Under the pieces are notes generated by a model that did not search any database, had not been told where the DNA came from, and saw only the letters and a list, made by a program, of their open reading frames with translations. This document shows, one piece after another, positions 12,670 to 26,438 of a stretch of DNA of 64,000 nucleotides. The position numbers were made by a program, and so were the translations under genes. The stretch lies in contig OX597817.1 of the NCBI GenBank assembly GCA_951406725.2, positions 150,288,001-150,352,000 on the forward strand, written 5' to 3'. Every line of letters begins with the position of its first letter. Positions within the stretch are counted from its first letter, which is position 1. The stretch is from Octopus vulgaris. Its lineage: Eukaryota.

Positions 12670-13814
12670 TATATATATATATAAATAAAATTTATTTCAA
12701 CATTGTTTCATTGTTTGAATAAATATTTTCTATTTTACTTTGTTTCTATTTATTTTTCCTCTTTTCTACTTGTTTACTCTTTTAATTGCAACTGACAAAT
12801 AAATATCTAATTACTTTCAAGGGCAAACCCATCACTTTTCTTATCATAATCATCAACTTTCTTTTCATCATCATCATCATTGTTGTCATAGTTGTGATTG
12901 TCATCAGTTGCCATCGTTGTCAGTACAGACAGACTCCATCCTGGCTCATAAGCTCACTCTATGCTTTCCTAACATTCTCTCCTCCTCAACAATCATGGTA
13001 TTTCTCCCCCCCCTCCGCACCTCTCTTACTTAATCTTCGCACTTTCTGCCTGCCACCCTTTCACATTCTCTTCTTCCCCCTTTCCTCTCCTTTCATTCTT
13101 CACTCTTTCTTCTCTTGACTGCTTTTCACAATCTTCTCTTCCTTTACTCCTCCCACCCACTTCTTCTTCTTCTTCTATTCACCTTCTCTTTAATCTCTGT
13201 CCCTCCCTCCCTCCCTCCTTCATACCTTTCCTCTTCAACATTACCATGTCTTTTTTCTTATCCTTGTTTCCTCTCTTCCCTTCTCTCTGCCATTCTTCAA
13301 CTGCTTTGCTATCTTCATGTTTCGTATCAACTTTATCTTCTGTGATTCTCTTCCATTTTCTCTATTTACTTTCTTGTTAGATTCTGAATTGCACTGCGTT
13401 TCTTCTTTCTGATGTTTTCTTTCATTTAAGCTAATTATAATGCAATATATTCCTTACAAGACTGTTTGGCTTTGCCTTTTTAATTATTCAAAATCTTAAA
13501 AAGAAGCCGCTTCACAATTGTTCTACATGTATTTAATTTGTTTTGTTTTCTACCTGCTTCTATTTCCTTTTAAATAATTAATTTATTTAAACAAATTTTT
13601 AAATAACTTCTTTTTTAATTTCAAGAGATTTTAACTTTGGATCAATAACGAAATATCAGTTTGGAATCTCAAGAATTCTGTTAAATTTGACTTACTATTG
13701 CTTCACAAAACTAAACGTTGCTGTTAAAAAAAGTCATCATCGTGATTTCTAAGATCACCTTTACAACACCTAAATGTGCAATATCATTAATGAGTGACAT
13801 ATTATTAGTCAATA

Positions 13815-14312
13815 CAGTGATCCCTTGTTTATCACAGTAGATTGGTGCCGAGACCGGACCCGATAACCGAATTTCCGTGAAGTAGGGACACCATATTTAC
13901 AGTGTTTATTTAACGTGTATTTGGACTTTTAAAACCCTCCCTGTACTGTTAACCACCCACCCATTACAGTAGTCTATTAATAACAAGGACAACTGTTAAG
14001 CAATAACACTTTAGATTTTAAAAAATAAACAATTGTTACTGTTACACAGGCCAGATTACAAAATACAAAGCTGTGATTCGTCGTCTCTCTCCATTGCCCT
14101 AATCACAGCCCGTCTTAAGTTCAAATAACCCTGTATATGATTATTTGCTATTTTACGCTTGTTTTGTTGTTCCTAGACTAGGAAATAATATTTATTATTA
14201 ATATTTTAATGGATTTAATGAAAAATTTTAGGTGTTCATATATATATATTTTAAAAATCTGCGAAGTCGTGAATCCATGATAGTTGAACCACGAAGTAAC
14301 GAGGGATCACTG
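13815..14312. mobile_element. Tc1/mariner-pogo (Tigger-like) MITE
   Basis: TA|cagtgatccct ... agggatcactg|TA terminal inverted repeats with a TA target duplication. Confidence 0.85.
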
Positions 14313-14531
14313 TATCTTTACTGGTGAGCTTCTATCACTAAAACAACAGCTTTTGATTCTCAGAACTTTCTAGTTACTCTCCACCGCTTTTGGGTTCACC
14401 CCAAAATACACCACATTTTATTCTCCTCTTCCTCTCTAATCCTATACCCATCTTTATATCACATCAAGCATCAACTTGAAATGCTATATAGAGTAGCCAA
14501 ATTTATCTCAAATTAAAGTCTACCATTTTAA

Positions 14532-15143
14532 CTCCTTAGCATTCAGACCAGCCATATCTGGTCCAAATACTCTATCTGTTTTATATTCACACTAGCCAGA
14601 TCTCACGTCTACCCTACAAAAGTCATTCTAAAAATAAATCATCACATCATTGAGATCTTGAAGTTATGAGACAACGCATGATAAATTTAAAACAACGTGA
14701 ATAAGAGTGGCTGTGTGGTAAGTAGCTTGCTTACCAACCACATGGTTCCGGGTTTATTCCCACTGTGTGGCACCTTGGGCAAGTGTCTTCTACTATAGCC
14801 TCAAGCCGACCAAAGCATTGTGAGTGGATTTGGAAGATGGAAACTGAAAGAAGCCCGTCGTATATATGTATGTGTGTGTATATGTTTGTGTGTCTGTGTT
14901 TGTCCCCCCACCCCCAACATCACTTGACAACCGATGCTGGTGTGTTTATGTCCTCGTAACTTAGTGGTTCAGCAAAAGAGACCAATAGAATAAGTACTAG
15001 GCTTACTAAGAACAAATCCTGGGGTCGATTTGTTCGACTATAGGTGGTGCTCCAGCATGGCCGCAGTCAAATGACTGAAACAAGTAAAAGAGAAAGAGAA
15101 AGAGAGAACTACATTTGACAGAGTAATCTGAATGCTTAAAGGG
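14532..15143. mobile_element. piggyBac-type MITE interrupted by SINE A
   Basis: TTAA|ctccttagcattcaga ... tctgaatgcttaaaggg|TTAA. Confidence 0.7.
14701..15105 (+). mobile_element. SINE family A, full length
   Basis: tRNA-like head, central microsatellite, tail ...gactgaaacaagtaaaaga. Confidence 0.9.
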
Positions 15144-15606
15144 TTAAAAACTAAGATGAACCATCAGTTGGATAAAACAGTCCAAGGTATAAGATGGAAT
15201 GGTTAAGGCTAGAATATTTTTGATCATGGATAAAACACTTCTCTCTACACCAAACTAGAAAAAGAAATCACATTTATTCCAATTACTAACTTAATTAAAC
15301 TATTACAAGGTTTGCTCATTTAGAGCATACCTATATATATAGGTATGCATTAGTGGTGACAGTGGCAGTGGTGATGGTGGTGGTATGCCATCATCATCAT
15401 CACATGATGTATGTGTAGAAGCATGTGTGTGTGTGTGCATTAAACAGATCCTGTCATGCTATCTCACACGGATTCTGCATATGCATTACATAAGGAGTTC
15501 ATGTCTATGGAATACTCTTCCACTTCATTGTAATTTAAGAAAGTAAATAATTCAGTCGATCAGATAACAGGATATTCATCACTGAAACCAACAGAGAACC
15601 ATTTAC

Positions 15607-15656
<50 letters not shown>

Positions 15657-15779
15657 ATGTCTGCCCATGTGTGTGTGTGTGTGTGTCAGTGTGTGTGACT
15701 GTGTATGTCCATGTCTGTGTGTCCATGTGTCTGTGTGTGTGCGTGTGTGTATTGATATCTTTTATTGTTTCTTTATTTT

Positions 15780-16130
15780 ATCTTTTACTGGTTTCAGTCA
15801 TTAGACTGTGGCCATGCTGGAGCACTGCCTTGAAGAACTTCCAGTTGTATGAAATGACCCCAGTATTTATTTTTTTAAAAACTTGATACTTATTCTATCA
15901 GGCCCTCATACAGGAATGTAAACACACCAACACCGATTGTCAGGGAGTGGGTGGCAAACACAGACACAAAGACATAGACACACACACAGAGGGCTCCTTT
16001 CAGTTTCCATCTATGAAATACATAGATGGGCTTATAGTAGAAGACACTCCCCCAAGGTGTCACGCAGTGGGACTGAACTTAGAACCATGTGGTTGAAAAA
16101 CAAACTTTTTACCACACAGCCACACCTACA
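15780..16130 (-). mobile_element. SINE family A, diverged
   Basis: Reverse-complement similarity to family A. Confidence 0.75.
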
Positions 16131-17802
16131 CTTATATACACCTCCTTCATTGCAACAAAACCCAGCTCAACTCTAACCTCTTCCTTTTTATACCTTAATT
16201 CCTATCTAACATAAGGATGCAACACCCACCCCCCTTAGGCTTGTAGACTTGTAAGATACAAAGTCACCTCAATAATGCCGGTGACATGAAAAAAGCATCC
16301 AGTACACATTGTAAAATGGTTGGCATCAGGAAGGGCATCCAGCCATAGAAACGATGCCAGAGCAGACACTGGAGCTCGATGTAGTCCTTGGACTCATTGG
16401 ATCCTTGTCAAATTGTCCAACTCATGCCAGCATGGAACATGGATGTTAAATCATGGTGATGACAATGAGAATGATGATGATGACAACGACGACAATGATG
16501 ATGATAATGTTGGTATATGTCGATAAATATAAATATTCATACACACATAAACAGAGCTGGTGATGTATAATATTTCTTCTAACGCTATTACATCATGACT
16601 ACATCACCTGCTTTTATTTCTATGCATATCACTTACTATCTTTACCTCAGCGAGCATGAGGCAATAAGCAGGTATCCAGATGTGCATTTACTCATCCTGT
16701 TGAACATAGCAGCCAAGTCTTTTAAAATACATTTACCGTTTAAAAAAGAAAGGATACATTGCACAGTATAGTCCATGATATACAATAAAAAAACTGTCCT
16801 AAATGAATAGCTTTCATCATAGATCTGCTTGATCAGGACCGACCTTGGGTTAAACAAAACAAAAACAAAAAATTTTCATTAATATGATGCACCTGCATCT
16901 TCCTCAGCTCCCATACTCTACAGTGTTTCCTCCTCAAGATTCTGTGGTAACCATTTTTGTCTAATTATGCCTCCCCCAAATCTTCATCCCTCTGGAACAT
17001 AGAAAGATGTTGGAAGAGTTATGCTGCCAATCCTTATATCTATTCATTTTCTCATCAACCCACCATTTCTTTACAACATCAACATCTCAATTTACATTTA
17101 TTTTCAACAATATTTTTAATGTGTATTTTCTCATCTAGAATGTTCTGGAATGTAACTTGGACTAATAATAAAACTTGGCTTATTTAAATTCTAACCTCAG
17201 TATTAGTGTTCAATTATTTGTCTACCTTTGAATTTGAAGTTCTTCATTTTTATACTTTCTTAAAGGGCATACCATTCTAAAATATACACAATTTACAATT
17301 AAGGACCCATTCTACACAGCAAGATAGAACCTGAAACCACACAATAATGAAGTGGACTTTTTTATCAGATGTAAGCTATCATCATCACTCTTTAATATCT
17401 GTGTTCAGTACTAAAATGGGTTGGACAGTTTGACATGATCTGAGAAGCTTAAGGGCTGTGTTGGTCTCCAGCGTCTGTTTTGACAAGGTTTTTATAGATG
17501 GATGCCCTTCCTAACTCTAACCACTTTACAGAGTGCACTGAGTGGTTTTTGTGTGGCACCAGCGTTTTCAAGACAAGACCTCTTCTCAGAATAGGAGTGC
17601 AGTATTGAAGGATGCTTTGTATCTAGTGTAGAAGAGCTAAAATAGGAAAATAGGACAAAAACAGATATTATTTTTGAAATATATATGCAGCCCTCAACTT
17701 TTTCAATCTAAAGAGTTTTTTTTTTAATCCACCATTTATACATTATTATTTTTAGCTTTCTCTGTTTTGAGTTCCACTGTTAAAAACAAACAAATTATTT
17801 TA

Positions 17803-18213
17803 CATAGGCGTAGGAGTGGTTGTGTAGTAAGTAGCTTGCTTACGAACCACATGGTTCCAGGTTCAGTCCCACTGCATGGCACCTTGGGTAAGTGTCTTCT
17901 ACTATAGCCTCGGGCCAACCAAAGCCTTGAGTGAATTTGGTAGACTGAAACTGAAAGAAGCCTGTCATATATATGTATATATATATAGGTATGTGTGTGT
18001 ATATGTTTGTGTGTCTGTGTTTGCCCCCCCCCCCAGGACTGCTTGACAACCAATACTGGTGTGTTTACATCCCCGTGACTTAGCGGTTCAGCAAAAGAGA
18101 ACCGATAGAATAAGTACTAGGTTTACAAGGAATAAGTCCTGGGGTTGATTTGCTCGACTAAAGGCGGTGCTCCAGCATGGCTACAGTCACATGACTGAAA
18201 CAAGTAAAGAGAG
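17803..18213 (+). mobile_element. SINE family A, full length
   Basis: Same layout as the 14701 copy. Confidence 0.9.
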
Positions 18214-18556
18214 TATTCTCTCAAAGTTTCTAAATTCTTGGCATACAGAGTGTATGTATTTTCTTTCAGAGTTACTTAAGTTCTTTCTAATGCTTATTGG
18301 AGTTCAGGCTGGTTGTGAACAAAATAACAAGACTTTTTGAATTAAGGAGGTTCACAGGGTTTGTGGTTGAGTTAGTGGGGGCATACAGTCATGCATGCAT
18401 GTATGTTTTTTTGTTGAGTTTTAACTAAGTTCTTGAGAGAGTTCAAGCTGGTTGCTAAGAAAACATCAAAACTTTTTGAGTTAAGAGAGTTCCCGATGGT
18501 TATAAATGTGGCTGAATTGTTGTGTTGGTGGAGATATTGTCGCACACACACACACT

Positions 18557-18863
18557 TATTGTTTCTTTGTTCCTTCTCAAGCCATGCCTGGCTCATAAGG
18601 GCCAGTTTCCCGGTTTCTTGGCGTAAAGGTTCCCCACCTGGATGGGATGCCGGTCCATCGCAGATGAGCTGCAAGATGCAGGAAGAAAGAGTGAGAGAAA
18701 GTTCTGGCGAAAGAGTCAGCAGAAGTTCGCCATTACCTTCTGCCAGAGTCGCGTGGAGCTTAGGTGTTTCACTCATAAACACACACATCGCCCGGTCTGA
18801 GATTCGAACCGGCAATCCCTCGACCGCAAGTCCGCTGCTCTAACCACTAGGCCATGTGCCTCC
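18557..18863 (-). mobile_element. tRNA-derived SINE family D
   Basis: Minus-strand head ggcctagtggttagagcagcggac...ggttcgaatctc; related copy at 28719-28990(+). Confidence 0.87.
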
Positions 18864-19569
18864 ACACACACACTTGGGTGCGTGCAACAACATTTCCACC
18901 AATGCATCAACAACTCAACTACATCTATAAACATCAGGAACTCTCTTAACTCGAATAGTCATGTTGCTTTGTTACACACACTTTTGTGTGTGTATCTCAG
19001 AATTTTTGGAATGTCTCACAAATCTTCATTGTGCTGTTAATTTGATTGGGTTTGGAGAATTCGCATCAGTTTCTTTTGCTCTTTCTTCAAAAACCTAGTA
19101 TTTCTAGATTTTTGTGTAAATTTGTTGGTGCATAACCTAATGCAAAGTACGCTCGCATTCACTCAGCCTCGTCATACATTACGTCACGTTGAATCTCCAT
19201 GAGAACTACGTTAAGGGTACGCGTGTCTGTGGCACCCTCAACCACTGACACGTTAACTTCACGAGAAGGCTATTCCATTATAGGATCAACAGAAACTCTT
19301 GCCGTCGTAACTAATGAAGTTCTTCAACCCAACTCTGAAAACATTCCAGCCATGATCGCCCAGACTTTTAATTATAGTGTATCTAGGATCACATAATCCA
19401 TTGTGTCTTTCTATTTTTAAGATAACAGGGTGTGATTCGAGAGAGTTGGCTGCTATTTCTAATAAGTCGAACAGCAATATAAAGCTGCCTATATTTAGGA
19501 TAATATATGAGATAAATAAAGCTATTGATGACAAATGCAAAATCACGTAAGCAAAAAATTCTAATGAAT

Positions 19570-19720
19570 CGAAATTACCCTCTTAAATAAAGAAAGTAAA
19601 CAAAAACCCAGTGGGGGTTCAGAAATTTCAATAAATTAGGAATTAGATATTCAACCGTTGAAAGTCTTGTTATTTCATGGACGTAGCCATGGTTTAGACC
19701 GGAAAAGGAAATTTCGTCAC
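19570..19720 (-). promoter_or_regulatory. Candidate housekeeping promoter / non-coding first exon of a leftward gene
   Basis: Minus strand has TTCCGG (Ets-like), ATGGCTACGTCCAT (YY1-like) and a downstream donor-like gagg|gtaatt. It sits at the apparent CpG-poor/CpG-rich boundary. Confidence 0.3.
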
Positions 19721-20006
19721 TCATCAAAATGGATCCACTATTAGTAGTCTAAATCACAGGAAACACAAAATTAAAATAAATGTTATGCAATAATATTTGC
19801 ATATAAGGACATTGGATTGGCAGATCTGTTAAAGCGTCGGGAAAATACTTTCCAGTATTTCATCTGGCTCTTTAAGTTCTGAGTTTTAAGCCTTACCAAG
19901 GTCAACTTTGACTTACATCCCTCCAAGGTCGATAAAATAAAGTATCAGTCAAGCACAAGGGTGATGGTGTCGATTAACATGCGTCAATATTAGTGATCTT
20001 GTCCTA

Positions 20007-20480
20007 GGTGGCGAGCTGGCAGAAACGTAAGCACGCCGGGCGAAATGCTTAGCGGTATTTTCCTGCGGTTACGTACTGAGTTCAAATTCCGCCGAGGTCG
20101 ACTTTGCCTTTCATCCTTTGGGGGTCGATAAATTAAGTACCAGTTACGCACTGGGTCGTTGTAATCGACTTAATCCGTTTGCCTGTCCTTGTTTGTCCTC
20201 TCTGTATTTAGCCCCTTGTGGGGGTAGTAAAGAAATAGGTATTTTGTCTGTCTTTATGTTCTGAGTTCAAATTCCGCCGAGGTCGACTTTAGCCCTTTGT
20301 AGACCAAAAAAAAAAAAGCATTTCATATGTCTTTACGTTCTGAGTTCAAATTCCACCGAGGCCGACTTTGCCCTTCATCCCTTTCGTGGTCGATAAAATA
20401 AGTACCAGTTGAGCACTGGGGTTGACTTAACACCTTCCCCGAAATTGTTGACCTTGTGTCAAAATTTGAAACCGACATTA
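20007..20480 (+). mobile_element. SINE family B (Deu/Nin-domain-like) tandem copies
   Basis: ggcgagctggcagaaacg head plus aggtcgactttgcctttcatcctt...gtcgataaattaagtacc central domain. Confidence 0.85.
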
Positions 20481-21424
20481 CTGACCTCGTGTCTAAATTA
20501 AGTAACAAGTAATTTTAATTGCATGGAGCTGTGGGGGGAATGTCGTCCAAGTACGTCGAATCTTCCTCCTCTGATTATAGGGTTGCATTTGTAATAACTT
20601 TGAAAGTATGTGATAAAGAGAAGGTCCGATGCGAAACTGTTCCCTTGACATGTGCTTGTGTCTCGGTGGTTGCTAAAATAGATGAGGTTGACGTACACCC
20701 AGAAGAGGTTGGATCCACCTACATCTGATTTTTTATTCATCGTAAAAGCTGCGAATATCATGAGTGCAATGTTAAAGTTAAGGGTTATGTCATCATTGTA
20801 GGAATGTGTTAGAAGTCACACCGACAAGTTTAATGTAATGAAGGCTGATCGAAGGAAGATTGAGTACGAAACATTGATGGTACGTACTGTCAACAATAAA
20901 CAATATAGATAATAGCATAATTGAGAGAACAGTTAAAAAATATACGCGCGCGAACGCATGCATATACATACACGTACAAATCAGTACTTAAAAACGAGCT
21001 AACGATATAATCCCTCCACTTGCTAGAAATAGTAGCCAAATTTCCTTTAGATGGACACTGACTTCTTCAAAAAGAATGGGACGTATTGGGTCATGTAGTC
21101 CAAGCCGCACTATTTTTGAAGTGAGAGACAGACAAAGAGAGGGATGAAAGAGAAGGCTCTTAGTTTAATGCTTTTTCTTCATCTTGGGTCTGTTTGAACA
21201 CGGGGTCGATTCGGATCCAAACAACTACCTCGCTTAAAATACCTTTTAATTTACTACCTCCAAATTAGCCTCTTCCTTCTTTTTATTAGAATTTGAATTA
21301 GTTTGTTCCTGTGCATATGTTATTTGGGAATTTAAAACTACTTTCACTGTTCTGAAATTTCAAAGGCAGCCTTGTAAAAGCTATCAGCAGTTTGTGAAGT
21401 ATTGCGACTTGCTGAAGAAATGTC

Positions 21425-21510
21425 AGCCAATCAGAGGCTCGATATTTACTGACGTCATCGCATAGCAATGACGTCAGACGACTATACGAGTTCTTTACGA
21501 TTGCCAATGT
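21425..21510. promoter_or_regulatory. CCAAT box plus two perfect CRE palindromes
   Basis: agccaatcag at 21425, TGACGTCA at 21450 and 21469, second gccaat near 21503, in non-repetitive sequence. Confidence 0.45.
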
Positions 21511-21708
21511 GCTAGAAGGTTTCTGTAACAGCAAAATAAAAAGTTTGGGTGGAGAAAAATAAATAAATAAATAAAAAAAACTTTGCCAAATATTTAACAA
21601 TTGAAAGTCAGACAAATAGACTGATGGCCTGGCAAATAGACACATAGGTAGTTTACCTATTGAATATATTAAAAGTGTGTATGTCTACATGTATATATGC
21701 ACATGTAG

Positions 21709-21771
<63 letters not shown>

Positions 21772-22044
21772 CATATATATATACATATATATATATATAT
21801 ACACACACACACATATATATATATAGACATACACACATACATATAAATACAAACATACATACATATAAATATATACATACACACAGACATGCATATACAT
21901 ACATGCATACATGCATACATACATACATACATACATCATACATACATACATATATACATACATACACACGCGCATATATACAGGGTGTCCATAAATTACC
22001 TTTACAATTTGAAGTGTATACATAGATGAATGGATGGGCGGATC

Positions 22045-22086
<42 letters not shown>

Positions 22087-22087
22087 C

Positions 22088-22133
<46 letters not shown>

Positions 22134-22929
22134 ATTAGAGTTGGGAAATGCTAGATGAAAATGTAGGGGAAAACGAAAAAGGTGGAGTGAAATGCTGGAG
22201 GAACGGTAAAAGAGGAATATAAATCGAGAAGAGCAAAATAAACGATGTAAAGAAATAAAAAACGCAGACATTATAGTTCAAGAAAAACAACACGCAAATA
22301 TTTAAGTAATAAAACAGTAGATAGGGAAGCATCTTTTTTCGTAAGCTTCTGTGAATCGTTCGTTACACGTCCGTCAGTTGGAAAGAAGCCAAGTCTTCAT
22401 ACGTTCGACTAAAATATGTATCTCAAATAACGAAAAGTCTCAAAAACAAGAAATAACGCATATAGCAGCGCCATGAAAGCTTCCCAATCAGTTTAATACT
22501 AAACAGTGAGGTTAATTTCTTCTTGAGTTTTAAAACAGAGTTTCGAGGAAATACTGTTACGACATCTTCTAAAGACGATCAAATTATTGTCGAGATTTTC
22601 TAGATTGCAAATTATATTTTCTGCACAGAATGTGCTACTAACTTGGGTAGAACATATTCTAAAATATCTTTCTTCCTGATAAGTTTTAATATACAACTAA
22701 ACTTTAGCGAAATAATGGTTTCTAATTTAGTCAGAAGGCCAGTAGTTGAGAGGGGAAATGTGTTCGTCGATACCATCAACTCCAGTGCATGACAAGGACG
22801 AGAGAGAGAGAGAGAGATTAATTTTGTGATTGATCGCAGTAAGAAACATTGTGTGTTTCAAGCTTCAGCAACAAGCTCCAATAACAAATTTTGAAGAAAT
22901 ATTGTGTAATTGAAGCTTCAATTACAACA

Positions 22930-23250
22930 GTCCTACTGCGTGGCACCTTGAGCAAGTGTCTTTTACCATAGCCTCGGTCCGACCAAAGCTTTGTGAGTGG
23001 ATTTGGTAGACGGAAACTGAAAGAAGCCTGTCGTATATATGTATATATACATGTGTGTGTGTGTGTGTCTGTGTTTGGCAACCGATGGTGGTGTGTTTAC
23101 GTCCCCGTAACTTAGCGGTTCAGCAAAAGCGACCGATAGAATAAGTAGTAGGCTTACAAAGAATAAGTCCTGGGGTCGATTTGCTCGACTAAAGGCGGTG
23201 CTCCAGCATGGCCGCAGTCAAATTTCTGAAACAAGTAAAAGAATAAAGAG
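22930..23250 (+). mobile_element. SINE family A, 5'-truncated
   Basis: Matches the family A body and tail. Confidence 0.87.
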
Positions 23251-24044
23251 TATATATATATATATATATATATTAAAATTGGAATTTATGAGAATTTTCT
23301 AGACATTCTAGAAGTGATGAAATCCAAAATAAACCCCGGCAAGATTTTAACTGAGAACATAAAGTGACAAAAAAAAAATACTGCATCGCATTTTGTCCGA
23401 TGTTCTAACGATTTTGCCAATCCACTACTCTAAACTGATTAAGGCACAAGGCCTGCTATTGTAAAGAGAAAGGTGTTAGTTGATACCATCACTTCCAATT
23501 CTTGACTAGTGCTTTATTTCATTGATTTCGAAATAATGAACGACTAAGAAAAACTCAGAATGTAAAGAGCCGGAACAACTACCTCCAGTAGCGTAGCTAG
23601 AGTCTATTCTGCCCGGAGCAGCCCTTGAGTCTGTTCCCCACGTCCCTTATAAGGCCTGGATAATATTTTAGGGCATGCTCAAAAGACTAAAGGAATTAGA
23701 TTGTCAACTACTCTTTTTCAAGAAGAAGAAGAAGAAGAAGAAGAAGAAGAAGAAGAAGAAGAAGAAGAAGAAATTGTTTCAGACCATAAAGTCCAGGAAA
23801 CCCCTAAAACATATATTCCCGTTTGGATTTTATTAATTTAACCCTTAGGTTCTGAGAGAAAATGCATCAACCATAATATATGGGATAATTCCTAGAATGG
23901 AAAGATACAGAAACTTGAAATAGTTTATATTTATCCTGCTATGAGCCACTATCGTAGCTTTCCGTAAGGTTGAAGCCATGATAATAGATTTAAATAAACT
24001 CAAGTTTTAATCGAACATAACTTCCGATTAGTTAGACCAGCCCG

Positions 24045-25010
24045 TTTCATATTTTCTCCCCAAATAGTTCACTTTGTTATAAAGATTTTGTTCTATTGGT
24101 AGTATCAAAGAAACACTTTGTACCCACTTCAGATTAAAATATATTAAAACTGGAATTTATAAGAATTTTCTAGATATTCTAGACTTAAATAATTACTTTC
24201 TTTGAGTAAAAGTTACTTAATTCCAACTAAATAATAAGCACCTTTCTTTGTTATAGTACAGATGCTGCCTCTGTGTATTTTATTTTTATTACAGTATGAA
24301 ATTGACGGTTTTATGTACAATATAATTTTGTTACTGCATACATCAAGTCAATATCAGTACTTGCTCTCAGATCGCAATCATACAACTACCGAAAGTAACA
24401 CACACACACATACACACACTTTATTCTTGATAGATTTTAAAATAACTTTGCATTTTTTTAAGAATGTCTGATACCAGTTCTGGGGAGTATGATGACTCTG
24501 ACTTGTATTTCTCAAATTACAAGGATTCAGAATTAGAAGATATTGACTTTTCAGATTCGTCAGGTGATGAAGACTAGCAACCTAACATTACATTTTGGTT
24601 CATTGTGAATAATCTTCAGTCTGCTACAACCCCAGTGCTTCATTCCAAATTGTGATATTGTGTTATCGAATAACATCGAGGTGAACTTAAACTCGGAAGC
24701 AGTAGATTTTTTTCTTTGGCTTTATGTACTTCAGACTTCATTCAAGCAGTTGCAGAGGAAAGTAACAACCATGGTAGAACCAAAGTAGAGAAACAGCTAT
24801 CTCTGAGAAAAAGACTTTTTCATATTTTCTCCCCAAATAGTTGACTTTGTTATAAAGATTTTGTTCTATTAATAGTATCAAATAAACTCTTTGTTCTCAC
24901 TTTAGATTAAAATATATAAAAACTGGAATTTATAAGAATTTTCTAGACATTCTAGACTTAAATAATTACTTTCTTTGAGTAAAAGTTACTTAATTCCAAC
25001 TAAATAATAA
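24045..25010 (+). mobile_element. piggyBac transposase relic flanked by ~193-bp direct repeats
   Basis: 24045-24237 is nearly identical to 24818-25010. Between them are acidic DDSD..DSSGDED and AVDFF...IQAVAEESN, like a piggyBac N-terminus. Confidence 0.6.
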
Positions 25011-25786
25011 AAAATAAAGAAAAAAAGTGTTGGGTCTGTGAAATGGTTCAGCGTTAAAGCATCGTAGGCCAAATGAAATCAGCGAGGATTCCGTAAAGTC
25101 AAATGCGTAGAGCCAAATCGACTGTGCCAAATCCCTACGAAGAGGAAAATCTATAACTCCTCTTTCACAAACATTGATAAACGAAATACAACTATATCTA
25201 ATTACATCTGGTCTCTAAAAGAGAAAGTTGCAGATATAATGTTAACTGGGCATCCCTGAAAGGTGTAGGCTTTATATAAATGATAGCAAAATTTGTGGCT
25301 TCTGAATTGTGGAAAAAAAAGCTTGGGCCTGAAAAACTCACAGCAACCAAGGTTATATTATGCCAAATCGGAGATTCATATTACATGTGTGTGCATGCGT
25401 GCGTTCGTGCGTACGTTCGTGTGTTGCTAGCGAAATGGCATGAGCTGGTTGTCTGAGCAACTGGTTTTAAGGGCGGAACAAACAGGACATAAAGTTTACA
25501 AAAATAGCGATTCTCACTTTGAAACTAATGATTTTGAAAATCTTTTTAGATTACGGAACGCCCAGCTCTCTCATGTATCCATGTTTAAAATTTCAGCACG
25601 ATCGGATGAACAATACTCGAGTTATAAGCGCACACAGACAGACAGACTGAATGGATTTTATATGTTCAGATATCGAAATTGCGTTTGACCCTCTGGCTGA
25701 TAACTGACGAGGAATTGTGACCTGTGTTTTCTGTTTGCCTATGTATTTAGTATATGTTCGTTTGTTTATTTACTACACGTTTTTTT

Positions 25787-25863
<77 letters not shown>

Positions 25864-26364
25864 CAAAGCAATTAAGATTCAAGTCAATTCCAATGAATTT
25901 ACTTGAATGTGGTACTTAACTTAGATGCACCAGAAAAACTATATGGTGTTAACCATACAGTAATGTGGGGTGATTATAAACGAGAAAGAAGCAACACTAA
26001 AAACTAATCCATTCTTGTTGCTTCTTTCTCGTATATATATATATATATATATATATTGGCTTCCGTGCCGGTGGCACGTAAAAAGCACCAACCGATAGTG
26101 GCCGTTGCCAGCCTCCCCTGGCACCTGTGCCGATGGCACGTAAAGAGCACCCACTACACTCACGGAGTGGTTGGCGTTAGGAAGGGCATCCAGCTGTAGA
26201 AACACTGCCAGATCAGGCTGGAGTCTGGTGCAGCCTCCTGGCTTCCCAGACCACGGTCGAACCGTCCAACCGATGCTAGCATGGAAAACGGACGTTAAAC
26301 GAGGGTGATGATGTTGATGATGATGATGATATACATACGTATATGTACATACTTGCATCTATAC

Positions 26365-26436
<72 letters not shown>

Positions 26437-26438
26437 TT

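Noticed and set aside
15467-15581. Exon-like minus-strand segment with a good acceptor and frame DEYPVI*STELFTFLNYNEVEEY (possible Sec UGA)
   Set aside because: All three frames contain stops, with no recognisable homology or SECIS evidence; it could only be a non-coding exon.
20498-20761. Coding-looking ORFs on both strands
   Set aside because: No recognisable domain or convincing splice pair.
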